Below, piece after piece: positions 52,377 to 64,000 of a stretch of DNA of 64,000 bases. The stretch's first letter is position 1; the number at the start of each line of letters is the position of its first letter. The stretch lies in assembly GCA_051294905.1 (NCBI GenBank), contig CM119371.1, forward strand, positions 17,610,001 through 17,674,000. Reading direction: 5' to 3'. The translations under genes and the position numbers were made by a program. Origin of the DNA: Botryllus schlosseri (Eukaryota). Under the pieces are notes generated by a model that worked only from the letters and a program-made list of their open reading frames with translations, was not told the origin of the DNA and ran no database searches.

Positions 52377-53958
52377 TAGGGTTGTCCAAAATTTGGAAAA
52401 TCTCAAAAAATATGCGTATCCATGTCTCATTCTGTAGATTATAGATCAAAAACGTCAATGAACCTGCAATAAGCTCACAGGAAAGTCGTTAACATTTGTG
52501 TAAATGCGTTTGACAGTAGCTGCTATAGAGTGGGCGTATTAGCGACCATAGAACGGCGAGAAGACTAGTAATCATGAAATCACGGCTGGTTAATCAGCTA
52601 TGCTTGAATGATCACGACCACGGCGGATTGCAGCTGAATATGTGCTTCTACTAGTTCAAGAAGTACGCTAACTGCAATGATGATTCTGTAAGCGCATTGT
52701 ACGTTGGTGATTAAATAATAAAATGAGACACTTTGTCATTGAATTTTTAGTGTTAAAACTAGATAACGATAGGTTCAGAACAACAATACCCTCTTGCAAG
52801 CATGACAGAGGTGAAACAGCGAATGCTTGTGAACTTATAGATCCCAGAAATACCTCTCTGATATGATTGAGAGTACGCTAAGTGGTCCTGCTTTACCGGT
52901 TGCAGTGCAGGTAAGGTATATTAGTTATCGCCCAACTGGTGCAGCACACCATGTGAGATGGATTCTGGACACAATACTGTATGCTTAGAAGATATGTGGG
53001 CCGACCAGGTAGCCGGGACTCTGAAAAAATTTAACTAACGCACAGCTTCAATACATTCTTTTTTATGTCCATGTCCGGTTTGATTCAAGCATTAGTCGTG
53101 ATGCAGCCGGTAATGATCTAAGATTGATTATGGACATGCTAAACAATGCAAGCGTACAGTCTTCTTGCTGACCCTACCAGCATAGTCAATGCTTGCGCCT
53201 TTATACTTTCCCCGGGACATCATTGAGGACTTTGACAGCACTCGCGGGTATGATTCATTATGCTGCAAGAATGTGACAAGTGCCTAGCATAAATGGCCCG
53301 TACAGCTTTTAAGAGTTCAATTATATAGGATACCACGACAAGATAAGATCAGACACAGTAGTGTCAATGTCAAGCTTTATATTTGTATTCAATCATGGTA
53401 CATCCCCTCTGAAACTAGACGTTCGTTCACCACTTGCATAAGCGCCTTTGCAATATTTCTTCTCGTGATTTTGTGCTTTCCCTGGATGAAAATAAGGTAT
53501 ACAGGCTACAACGGTTGCCTTCACAATAAGCCATCAAGTCATGTATTTAAAGTTTTTGTGAGGCAGCTGTTCTTTGTTCATCATGTATTTCGTCACTCAA
53601 CATGTTCTGAATTAATCTTAAATCATTATCTGCGGACCAACCTACAATACGCTTACAGAATCACCGCCATTAGCCGACTCCTTGACCAGCTGATCACCAA
53701 TCCGTCACCGTCGTGATCATTGAAGCATAGCAGATTAGCTAATCAAGCGCCGTGATTTCGTGAATGCTAGTCTGCTTGTCGTTCTATTGTCGCTGGCACG
53801 CCCACTCTACGGCAGCTATTTTTAAACGCATTTAAACAAATGTTAACGACTTTCCTGTGAGCTTATTGCAGGTTCATTGACGTTTTTTATCCATAATCTA
53901 TAAAATGAGACATGGATACGCATAAATTTTGAGATTTTCCAAATTATGGACAACCCTA
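52377..53958. mobile_element. Non-autonomous hAT-type element with long imperfect TIRs (about 250 bp)
   Basis: TAGGGTTGTCCA...TGGACAACCCTA; perfect 8-bp TSD TTGTACAT; inverted similarity between 52377-52620 and 53710-53958. Confidence 0.85.
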
Positions 53959-56399
53959 TTGTACATAAATTCAGTTTACAAGGGATGTAGGCCTAGCCTA
54001 TTTTCACATACTGGTAACTGCCAAAATTTGATATCGGCAGAGAATATGTTGTAACGGTTACGGCTCGAAATTATGATTACTGGGGCTCTACTCGTAGGTA
54101 TGATCAATACTTTTCTGATAATATGTCTTATAGGCCACAGTAATAGGGATACATGATTCGTCATTATAAGCATCGGAAATATTTCATATGGTGAGAACTT
54201 GTGACTGACTAGGTAATGTTACAATTGCAATCTTATTTTGTATGTCACTTTACTAGAGAGAATTTTACTCTCACACATTACTACTGCTGTTGACTACGTA
54301 ATAGGTCAACTCCTTTCCATAATGTTGATCAATTTTATGTCATAAATCACCATTATTACTCACTGTGGCCTTACCAGATGCAATCTGTAAAAAATCTCAT
54401 TTGGTGTTAACCAACCGCAGAGAAAACCAGAGCTGCCATACCATCATTTGAAGATTCGTCCCTAATTTGGATAGTCTTAAATCAGTTCATTGAATCATTC
54501 TAAGATTTGTCCTAGTTTTAATTCATTTTTAGTTGATGTCATTGGCATAAAATGCAATGAGCAATTGGTGCTATACAAAAATAGATGGTCCGGGCTTAAC
54601 TGGAGACATTTGTGTCAGTCAACAGATTACGAAATGTATATCATATCACTGTGCAGATAACAAAATCTTAGGCTGTTAGGCTTAGGTTGTTATTTGCATC
54701 CTACCCACTTACCAATAGTCGACCAGAATGGTACAGCTTGCCTCATTACTAAATCAGTGACTATGGAGTATGGATATTACTCACATATAGGACTCACAGA
54801 AATTTCAGCTGATTTCATTCAGAGCTTTTATTTACAGCACACAATACCTACACCTTCCCCCTTGGCGGATCATGAAGTTTATTTGAGAAGTAGTTATACT
54901 TAAACCCGACACGGCCAGAATAGAAATGCAGTTCTCGAACCAGTAATTAAAATTGGTACCAGTATCAATTTAATGCTCACGAGTTTTATTGGATGAGTTG
55001 GCATTCTTCAGACTGCCATTCAGTGAGCTTCAAAACTATAAACACACATTTACCACCATCATGCGGTTTGGTTATGTGGAATAAATATTATGAAACATTA
55101 GGCAGGGAAAGAGTGCAGGTGACATGACATTAGCAAAGCAAACAATTCTCTTTGACAAACATATAGGTCGCACCAATTATAGTAATCAGTCCACTGATCA
55201 AACTCTACCATAGAAGCTTGCACTGTGAGCCTACCTCTATTTAATACGACATATGCGACTGCAAATGAACTTTGCATCAAACAAAGGATTCCGATCAACT
55301 GAGTTTGCTGTGACCCGCATTTGAAACACTTCCAATGCTCAATGTGAACCATGCTATTACACCATCAGCCTCAGGTTGAAATAGACTTGTTTCATTATAT
55401 CAGATAGTCACCATGCAACTGAATCCCAGTGTCAAGATCAAGGAATGCAATGTCAATTCAAGCCATAATTTTTGCAATACGCAGTCATTAATTTGTAAAG
55501 TTGTTCCCGGGGTAGGCCTATTTGAAGAAGCAATGAGCCTGTGGAATTCAAAGTCCAGAACTACTCCAGTATGTAAGCCTATGAGACTTTCCCATATTCA
55601 TTTCCATCACCAGTTTGTTCCCAGTTATAAATCGCTACCACCGCTTGTGTTGTAGTACAATTTCCACAACGGTAGCGTCACATCTACTCAAGTAGCATGA
55701 ACTAATACTATGTTTTTGTGCTAGCCTAAGTTTACAAATTAGGTCCGTGGATGGCCGAATTGTAACATTCGACAAAAGTGTCCAAGCTTTCTTTCATTCG
55801 TTGAATTCCCAATGATGTATGCCTGCCGTAGGTACTGAAAAGGTTGGCTTTGAAATGTCGCGGACCATGATGACAGCGCACTCTACTAAAATAAATTTAA
55901 TCTGATTACGAGTAGTTGAAATTATAAAGAGCCAAGAGCTGTGATGCACAGCTAAGACTGCACGAAATCAAGCCGTGAAATGCACCAAGACATCATACAT
56001 GGAAAAATTGTTTGTGCTAGGTCCTTTTATCACAGTGTGAATTCGACTATCTCATATCATATAGGCCTACGCCAGCAGTTCATAATAATTGACCCAATTC
56101 TGGGACACCCAGTCTTCTAAAATGCGTCGTGATAATGTTCTGCTGGTTACGAAACTCCATATTTTTATCGTTTTTCGATTGAAACATTATGTTGCTGGTC
56201 TCCTAATCTTGTTGCAACATTGAAAGTGAGTCATAATAACAGCGCTACAGAGAAAGGTTGGACATTGGCCTACAACGCAATGAATGCAAAGTATTGATAG
56301 CGATACCAGGCAGAAACATTAGACGCACTAGCGAAACTATCCAGCGAAGACTCCGGCAATTGCAAAACACCAAAAACAGTACCGCAGGAGCGGAATGGC

Positions 56400-57594
56400 G
56401 AAATTTTTCTGTTCACCACATGAAAGTATTAGGTTGTCTATAAAAACGATATTCTTCAAATTTAGTTCAATTCCAACCAGTAGAAGCGGAGTTATTGCCG
56501 TTAAAAAATTTGGATATGAATAAAATAGTATTTGGTCACAGAGTCTATTCGCAGCCAGTTAGGCCGCCGGCCACGCAAATTGGAATTTATTTCGTGTCAG
56601 CCCAAAAACAGCATGGCATTACGGACGATAATCAACCTAAATGTAACGGTATTGGGGAGAGAGTAGGAAAGCTACTGCTGCAGAAGCGGGAATTCAGATC
56701 AGCGATGATAGCAGGCGCGCCAGCCTACTGTGTATCAGGCCTGCGCCACACCATACACAGTCGATAGTAGCACATGGGCTGCAAGAGATGTCAGTAACCT
56801 CAGATCGTATCATCACTAATACCAAAATACTAAATTGCAGATGTATGTCGAAATATTGGACATAAAATGGGCATTTTAAAACAAAAAGGTTTCGATTTCA
56901 ACATGGAAGCTGTTTCGACCCTGGGTCGCTACGTCACTTCATTTATGTGCATTGCGGTATTTATTAAGGTCAGGTAGGAAGTACCGATTCAAGGAGTTTG
57001 AGCTATCGCGGCGGTTTCCACAAAAATCACTAAAAGACAAATGACTAGCCCAGTGTTTCCCTACCTTTTTCGACTCATCGCCCCCTTTTGAAGCTCCACA
57101 CCGATCATCGCCCCCCCAAAGATTGGGAAACTAAAGACAACACTTCGTCACCCCCCAAACACCCCAGACCCCCTTCGTCCGTTTTCGCCCCCCTATCGGC
57201 CCCCTTCGCTATTTTCGCCTACCTAGACCGCCAAATCGCCTACGTTGGGAACCACTGGACTAGCCGAACACATATGTTTGTTAACTGCATACTTTCCAAC
57301 ACCAAACGGAACCATTGGTCTATTGCCGACGGCTCAATGAATAGGAGAAATATTTGCTTATGACATCACACTCAAGCGGTGTACCGTATTACACTTGAGA
57401 TAACAACGTACTATATTGCTCATTAACCTGTGCGTCAACCTGTACGGACCCATAAACCTGCTTTTGTGATAGCTAGCCATCGGCTCATTGTAATTCGGAT
57501 CTGGTACACCCCTGTACACCCCATCCGAGTGGTACACCCTTTGCAAATTCTGGTACACCCTAGGGTGTACGACAACCCCGGTTGAAGAGCACTG
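56400..57594 (-). mobile_element. Family C copy 2 (one end truncated)
   Basis: Reverse complement of the C segments in 19884-24110; ends GGTTGAAGAGCACTG; lacks the insertions seen in copy 1. Confidence 0.85.
57051..57257. mobile_element. 207-bp hAT MITE nested in family C copy 2
   Basis: CAGTGTTTCCCTAC...GTTGGGAACCACTG; perfect 8-bp TSD GACTAGCC; TCGCCCCC motifs. Confidence 0.85.
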
Positions 57595-58233
57595 GCATAG
57601 CCTACACTGCTATTGCTTGAATATATATTTTTCTGTCCTTGTAGTTTCAAGTAGCCTACTGTTGTATATATACATATATATACATAGCCTGCCTGGGCGA
57701 CAGTTTTTTTCCAAATTATAGCTAGTTTCCAAATTAGATTAGAATTATAGGCCTTATATATGGTAGTTACAATTTTCCAAATCAGATTAGATTTGTTAGC
57801 CTTAGCTTTAAGCCGAGTATTTGAGCAGCACTCACTGTGACATCATAAGACTATGAACGATGTAGAAAGTCCAAGCAGTGTAGGCCTACCTTTGATTCTA
57901 TCATAAAAAATTGGTCTGTTTTCAACCACACCTATTTCATTGCACTTTGTGATCAAAGGAGTGGTAGGTCATGACTTAGCCTACGGTACCAGTAGCCTAT
58001 CGTGACATTTCCACTAGTGTACGTAGCTTTACGTGCTACATGTTATTTTTGGTATACTGCGATTCGACCAATCAAGGTTTCCAATGCAATCGAAACTATA
58101 GTTTTCGTTGATAAGTTGACTCTTAAGGGCTAGGAGCCCTTAATTTCGGTACTACTTGAAAGAATTATTCCTCACTTCTCGAGTCAAATCATCAGAATAT
58201 ATACTTGGGCTACGGTACTCTATTCCGTTTTGG

Positions 58234-58768
58234 CAGGGTCGTAATGACTCTAGTCATGGGTCGACTCGAGTCCGACTCAAGTCATTTTCTTAGATTATGG
58301 AAATGACTCGACTCAAGTCAATCGGTGCAGTGACTCGACTTGGACTCGAGTCATTGCGCCTTGCGCGAGACTCAGACGGCCTAGACCGACATTTCATTGT
58401 AATTTCGAAGAATTGTCAACTAACCACACTGTTGGGATTTCGTCTATTGGTACTGGCTCTTGAAAATGAGACCAGAAACTGCTAAAAGTGAGGAAAATTA
58501 GTAGGCTATATTATAAATGCGAACCATTAGATATCAATAAACAGAGTTATAAAAAGTGGGTTCAGCAATAGTTCAAATAGAAACTGAGCAGTCAACACTG
58601 TGATTTGGACTCATAATTGAGTCATGATAATACCATGACTCGGACTCGAACCTCTGACTTGGACTTAACTCGGCTGTGAATTGAAAATGACTCGACTTGG
58701 CTGGATTCAAAACTATAAAAGTGAGATTAACTTGCGACTAGGAGCCTTGTGACTTGGTTACAACCATG
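58234..58768. mobile_element. hAT-type MITE with GACTCG subterminal repeats
   Basis: CAGGGTCGTAA...TTACAACCATG; perfect 8-bp TSD CGTTTTGG. Confidence 0.8.
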
Positions 58769-59013
58769 CGTTTTGGGTACACGGCTGATTGCGCAGGATT
58801 ATTATAAAAATGAAAAATGCCTGTACACAAAGCTTGGCTCGTTTTGCACGGTACATTCCTTCTGTACCATGTTCAGGAAAACGAGAAATTAGATAGAACT
58901 AAAATGATAGCTTAGGAACATTTCATAGGTAAAATTCGAAAAAGATTTCAAGAATTTCGCTCTAAATTACTCTAATCATGCAACTAGAATTATCTAGTTC
59001 GTCAGAGTCTCAC

Positions 59014-59899
59014 CTGTAAGCGCGGAGACCCTTGATCTTGGACTGCTCCTCAAAACCCAGAGGTAGCGAGCGACAAATGTCCGTCGAATACGTGTATATC
59101 GTCTCATCCGTACTCATCTTCGGATGGAAGAACACGCCGTCCGTGCCGTTGATCATATTCCCGTATTTGGTCGACCAATAGTCCAGAGACTTGTTGTAGT
59201 TCCACTTCTGTATCGTGTTAACGTTACGGATGTGTTTCTTCCCGGTATCTACGAGGTAGACGCCATCGTCTGTGTTGTTCATCCCGTAAAATAGTCCGAA
59301 TTTGCCAGGGAGAGACGGAAAAATCTTATGCGCCAACTTGAAAAAAGTATCGTTGTAACCGAACAATATCTCCTCTGCCGTGTGAGTGATGATAGGTGAT
59401 TCTATCAATTTTATAAGAGTTTTAATAAACTTCGGGATATGCCCTAGGCTTTCCACCAAATCGATAACCAACAGCAACGGAATGTTAACAATGGTGATGC
59501 TGACTTCAGACGGGTGCTTGACGGACATGGCCGCGCTGTACACATAAGTATGATTGTAACGATACGCAACCGTGTCGTTGCTGTAAAACTCTACGTCGTA
59601 GCGCGGCTGATGCAGTTGGTAAGCGAACGGTCCGATTTGCGATAAATTCGCTTCTTCCCCTTTCAAGAACTCGACGGGGTTTGTCAAGTTGAACTTCCAA
59701 TACTCCATGTATATCGGTGGAGGCGGGTCCACCCATTGGTCATACTGCGGGGAGTCAATACTTATAGCGAGTTGACTGCTTACTTCCTTGTCCAAAAGTT
59801 TCATGTGATAATTTCCTATCAGCAGCACCGCAGCGGTCACCAGGAAAACGGCAGATATACAAATGCTAGCTATTTGACACTTGTTTAAACCCACCTCGA
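59014..59899 (-). CDS. CD36/scavenger receptor class B family (LIMP-2/SCARB-like), large internal exon encoding the N-terminal TM and most of the ectodomain
   Basis: 294-aa ORF with N-terminal TM and family motifs W..PPPPIYM.Y..FNLTNP.EFL.G, GPFAY, EEILFGY.D, FGLFYGMNNT.DG.Y.V.TG, W....NMINGTDG..F.P, Y..DICRS; acceptor TCTTACAG| at 59900 and donor AG|GTGAG at 59013. Confidence 0.93.
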
Positions 59900-61564
59900 C
59901 TGTAAGACTATGAAAACAGACAAATCAGTATAAATGTGAGCGACCAATTAAACAAATGATTATCAACATCGGCCGCATATAAACTTTCCGTGATGACACA
60001 CGAAGTTAACAAAGTAAGTCTTATGATTGTCTTTCACATAAAAACATTATTGCCTTCAGTCACACACTACTCGACTATGCACGAAAATCACCGTAAGTAC
60101 TTCGAAAAAGCTTTTAATCACATGAGAAATAGTGGAAGAAAACACATTTTGTCACTGTAGGCATTGTAACAAATACCCTACACCAGGGGTTCTCAACTTC
60201 CCTTGTATAACGGGCCGCATTTTAACAGCAAAAGACGCTGCGGGCCGCAGAACAATATTACCATGTATTTGTGGGCTAATATTAAATTTAGGCTACCGTA
60301 GCTTATTTACCAGTCGTATACGGGCATTTAGTATTAGTACATTTTTATGCATTATAAAGTACGGTATTAATGGCCAGCGTTCGTAAGTTTGCAGCTGCTG
60401 CTTGTTGTGAGAATATGTAGTGTAGGCCTATCTTCTAGCGGCGCAAGTAAATCATTTCATGGAGGGTGCATTGCATTCATTGCCAAGTCAGTATATGCAA
60501 CTTCAAACCCTACCACCGGAGAACCGAACTCTCTGTTTCAATGCGTGAGCGAGCAAGTATAAATTGCGGTAACTTTTGCGTAACAAAGGCCATTATCACA
60601 TTGAGCTCTGAGTGATATGAGAAGAAGTCTGGCGTTCGGGGCTATTTCTGAGCAAACCAATCACCCCTTATCATTTCCTTCCATGCCTGGGGCATGAGCC
60701 AGCTTTGTCAAGTTGATATTTTCCGCTGGTCCTCTCCCCACGTTTGATAAGCCAGCATTTCCTCTGCATATATTATGCAAAGTTGGTGGATTCGTACGAG
60801 GCTGGGTTAAATTAGTCTACTTGTTTCAGAACATGCGATGAAAGATCGACTGGCATTAATGTTACTCGTCTGGTCACGATTGGATCGGACTGTATCTTAG
60901 AAATTTGTCCGGTGATGTTGCCCTTGCTGCTGGTCCGGAAACAACAAATATTCGCGCATAATGTTAAGGTTTTATAAAAACCACACCTTCTATAGTAGAT
61001 TTCTTGGGTTTAGCCATATTCCAAGCAATTTTGAACGATGCGTCTGTAACGTAGTCGGCAATGAAAACAACCGTTCGCAGTGAGTCAAACACTCTTTAAA
61101 GGTGTAGGCCTGCTACATAGCGGGATTCTCTTGAGTCCTAGTCCAGCTTAATACCGATTCAAAAGAAAAACAATTTGAAGTCGAGCATATATCAAGAAAC
61201 GTCCCATTAAAGCAGTGGTTCTCAAACTCTTTCATACACGCCTACCTTTCTGATAGGGAAAAATTTCGAGCCCTCTAACGTGATATAACATAATGAAACC
61301 AGAATGCTAGGAATACAAACGGCAGGTTTGATGGCATGGAAGGCTATGGCTGTTGATGAGAGAATTCTCAAATATGAAACCAGACTATACACAGTGAAAT
61401 AACTATGAATTGGAGATATATTGAGCGCAGCGCGAACATTTTTTTCAGTCGACCACATTTTTGCGCCCGCCTTCAGATGCTTTCACTGTGTCAGTAATAC
61501 TTGCGTTTATAATGAAAGATGTCACGGGCCGCAAAATAATCGTCTGCGGGCCGCATGCGGCCGA

Positions 61565-61950
61565 AAAGATCATCGCTCTATCAAATATGCCGGACCTGAT
61601 GTGTGGAACAGTATCCCGCCGGCCATCCGACAGTCGACAAGCATGTCCACATTCAAGTCGATATACAAGCAATTACTAAATAAATACAGTCCATCCTCAA
61701 GATTACCGGACCACGACTGACCTATTGATCTCGCTTTCCATGACATGCCGCCCTATTCCTTGTCGCTTTCTTTTCTATACTATCTTCTTTACTTTCATTC
61801 AGTGTGCATGCCTCCTCTTGACATCGCCTAGGCCAAGGTGGGTGTCAGATTCCATAGACTACTCCTAGTCGCTTCGACATCTTCCTGTCATTTCATTGTA
61901 TCACATTTTCTGTGGTGTATTGAACTGATAAAATTGCTAATAAATCAATG
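61565..61950 (+). mobile_element. 3' end of a CR1/L2-group LINE
   Basis: RSIKYAGPDVWNSIPPAIRQSTSMSTFKSIYK resembles the CR1/L2 ORF2 C-terminus (G...WN.LP..I....S...FK), followed by a 3' UTR, AATAAA and an (ATG)n tail. Confidence 0.75.
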
Positions 61951-63924
61951 ATGATGATGATGATGATGAAATTGTACCAATCTTGAGGTTGCCTACATTA
62001 TAAATTGAATGAATTATGGGTGATCAATTCATATTATGTTACCATGAAACTATTTTTCAGGATTTTTCTTTCAAGCAGTCTGATTATTGACTCAGCTGCA
62101 TTTCATGGATAGAAAAGTTCAGCCTAACTGATTCAGAATTGTGATTTGAAATTTTCCACTCATCAGCAATTTTTGAATATATATATGCAATTGCTAATGC
62201 CTGTTACTTTTTGAAATTTGGCGTATCCAATGTATAGGTTGGGAATGAGACTTTGTGTTGGTGTACAGAGCTCCACAGTGTGAAGTTGTAAGTTCGTAAC
62301 CGATTTTTTTTTATGACGCTGTTGAGCAACATTGACGAATGTGCTAATTTGATACCATTGATATATCTGTTCTCAGTATGGAACGATTCTACGGCATCCA
62401 CGGTCTGCAGAAAATATGATCTGAAAACAAGGTACAACAGAAAATAAAACAGACAAAGTACTCCATGTGGTTCAGATGCTGATTGTTCAACTGTCCAGGA
62501 CGATCTTCATTTAAATTAAAATAAACCCGAATATTTTCAGCTGACACTTATCAGGCGTGATCGTCAGCAACTAGTACATAATTGTTGTTGCTAGCAATTA
62601 TCCCCGATGAGTGCCAGCCGAACATATTGGGATTTATTTCAATATGATTTTATTGTATGTTTGAGCTCTGTACCTTCAATAGTCTATTCAGTTTTCAATA
62701 AAGATTATTCAATTTACAAGATATTTGTATTGAGAGACGCTGCCGGTCGGTATTAGTGTAAAAAGCCAACACACCACGTCAAGGTTCCAACCTTTGCATT
62801 GGTTTCCTTGGCGACAGAAGGAACCCCTATGGGAATAGGCAGCACTCGTCCCATAGGGGAAAAAAAAACTGTTTGGAGAAAGGCTAATTTTCACCTTCTT
62901 TAGATACCTCCTTCAATCCATCACGTAACCCTTTTGAATATTTAGAAATTTTGGCTTGCTTTTTCTGAAAGGCATAGCGAACAAAACTATGTTAAAAATC
63001 CTACTAAAGTGCATCACGGACTTTTCCAGTACATCCTCCACGATCTCCACACTTTCATATATCTGTAACACTATTAAGTCAACCAACTTTTGATATCACT
63101 GGTCTTGACGAAATTGTCCGAGGATACTGTTTACTGTTTGTTTTGATGCTTCCTTTCCATGGAGAATGAAAATCTGAATAGTATACCAGTGAACTTACCT
63201 GACGGATATTTTAGGCGGTACTTCTTTCTCTCCATTATCTGGAAAAATTTGCCAGCACGGCATGTAAAAACCACTTCAGGTTGATGTATAATATTTGAAA
63301 TGTACTCAAGTAAGTAGTTACTGTTGCAATCCCTCTTTATGCCTGTTTATGGCATTTTAAATCATACACATGATGGCTAATCCCTAACTAAAATCTTACT
63401 TTACAAAATTGAGAGTGCAAAAAGTAAGTACTTTTGCCTCACCTTTACTGTAAGTTAACAGGTAGTGAAAAAAATAACAACCGGTAGTACAGGTAAGTGG
63501 GTAAAATCTACTAGAGTAAGCCTATATCGGCTACTTAGAAAATGCAGAAGCAGGGCCTACTTTGTTACTGACCACCTCAGGAATTATTACGCATCTCGAG
63601 AGCCCAAATTAATGAATACCATATTTACGTCAAAAGTGAATATCAAACCATCTACTATTTAGACAATATTTTGCAAATGATAATTCCTTACCGGACTCAT
63701 GCCGAGTGACACCAAAAGCAGAAGTAATAGGCTCCTCCTCTTACACGCACCAACTCATCGAAAACCTTTAGCAAAACCATTGCAGCACCTAATTGTGGAA
63801 AGCCAGACAACGAAGAAGCTTGGTGGCAAATGTTAGTATAATATTGGTAAAACTGGTTCAATCACGCCAACTCCACAATATCTGGAATTAAGCTCCTCTA
63901 TGAATGACGAAATAGAATCTAGAT

Positions 63925-64000
63925 CAGTGGTTCCCAACCTTTTTATCCTAATTCCCCACTTCCGATTTATTCCGAGCCTTTATTCCCCACCTAAAATCTC
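63925..64000. mobile_element. Start of a hAT-type MITE (cut by the window edge)
   Basis: CAGTGGTTCCCAACCTTTTT following TCTAGAT. Confidence 0.55.

Noticed and set aside
60590..63240. Minus-strand exon-like blocks (e.g. 63199-63238, 62204-62420) as upstream CD36 exons or another gene
   Set aside because: Splice-like signals exist, but I could not assemble a consistent frame or recognise a protein; transcript data are needed.

Overview
This is eukaryotic, repeat-rich, low-gene-density DNA from an animal. A tunicate/ascidian host is suggested only by the style of the lectin, so that assignment is inference. Two host genes are recognisable, both partial: a secreted C-type lectin (two exons, 5117-5695, +) and a CD36/SCARB-family scavenger receptor (one 886-bp exon, 59014-59899, -). 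The dominant feature is a 23.7-kb element at 24448-48137 with Polinton/Maverick-type ends (5'-AGTAGT...ACTACT-3') and a perfect 6-bp TSD (TACACC). It is almost entirely one giant palindrome: about 7.1-7.3-kb near-identical arms around a 933-bp spacer, with no intact Polinton gene. Each arm carries a later insertion that the other arm lacks: a 2.7-kb hAT element with a nested MITE on the left, and a 5.7-kb CAC/TA-flanked CMC/EnSpm-like element on the right. The palindrome sits inside a TSD-resolved nest of non-autonomous DNA transposons spanning 16812-48518. The rest of the window holds hAT-type MITEs, two tRNA-derived SINEs, a LINE 3' end and a recent 443-bp tandem duplication. All identities were judged by eye, not computed.
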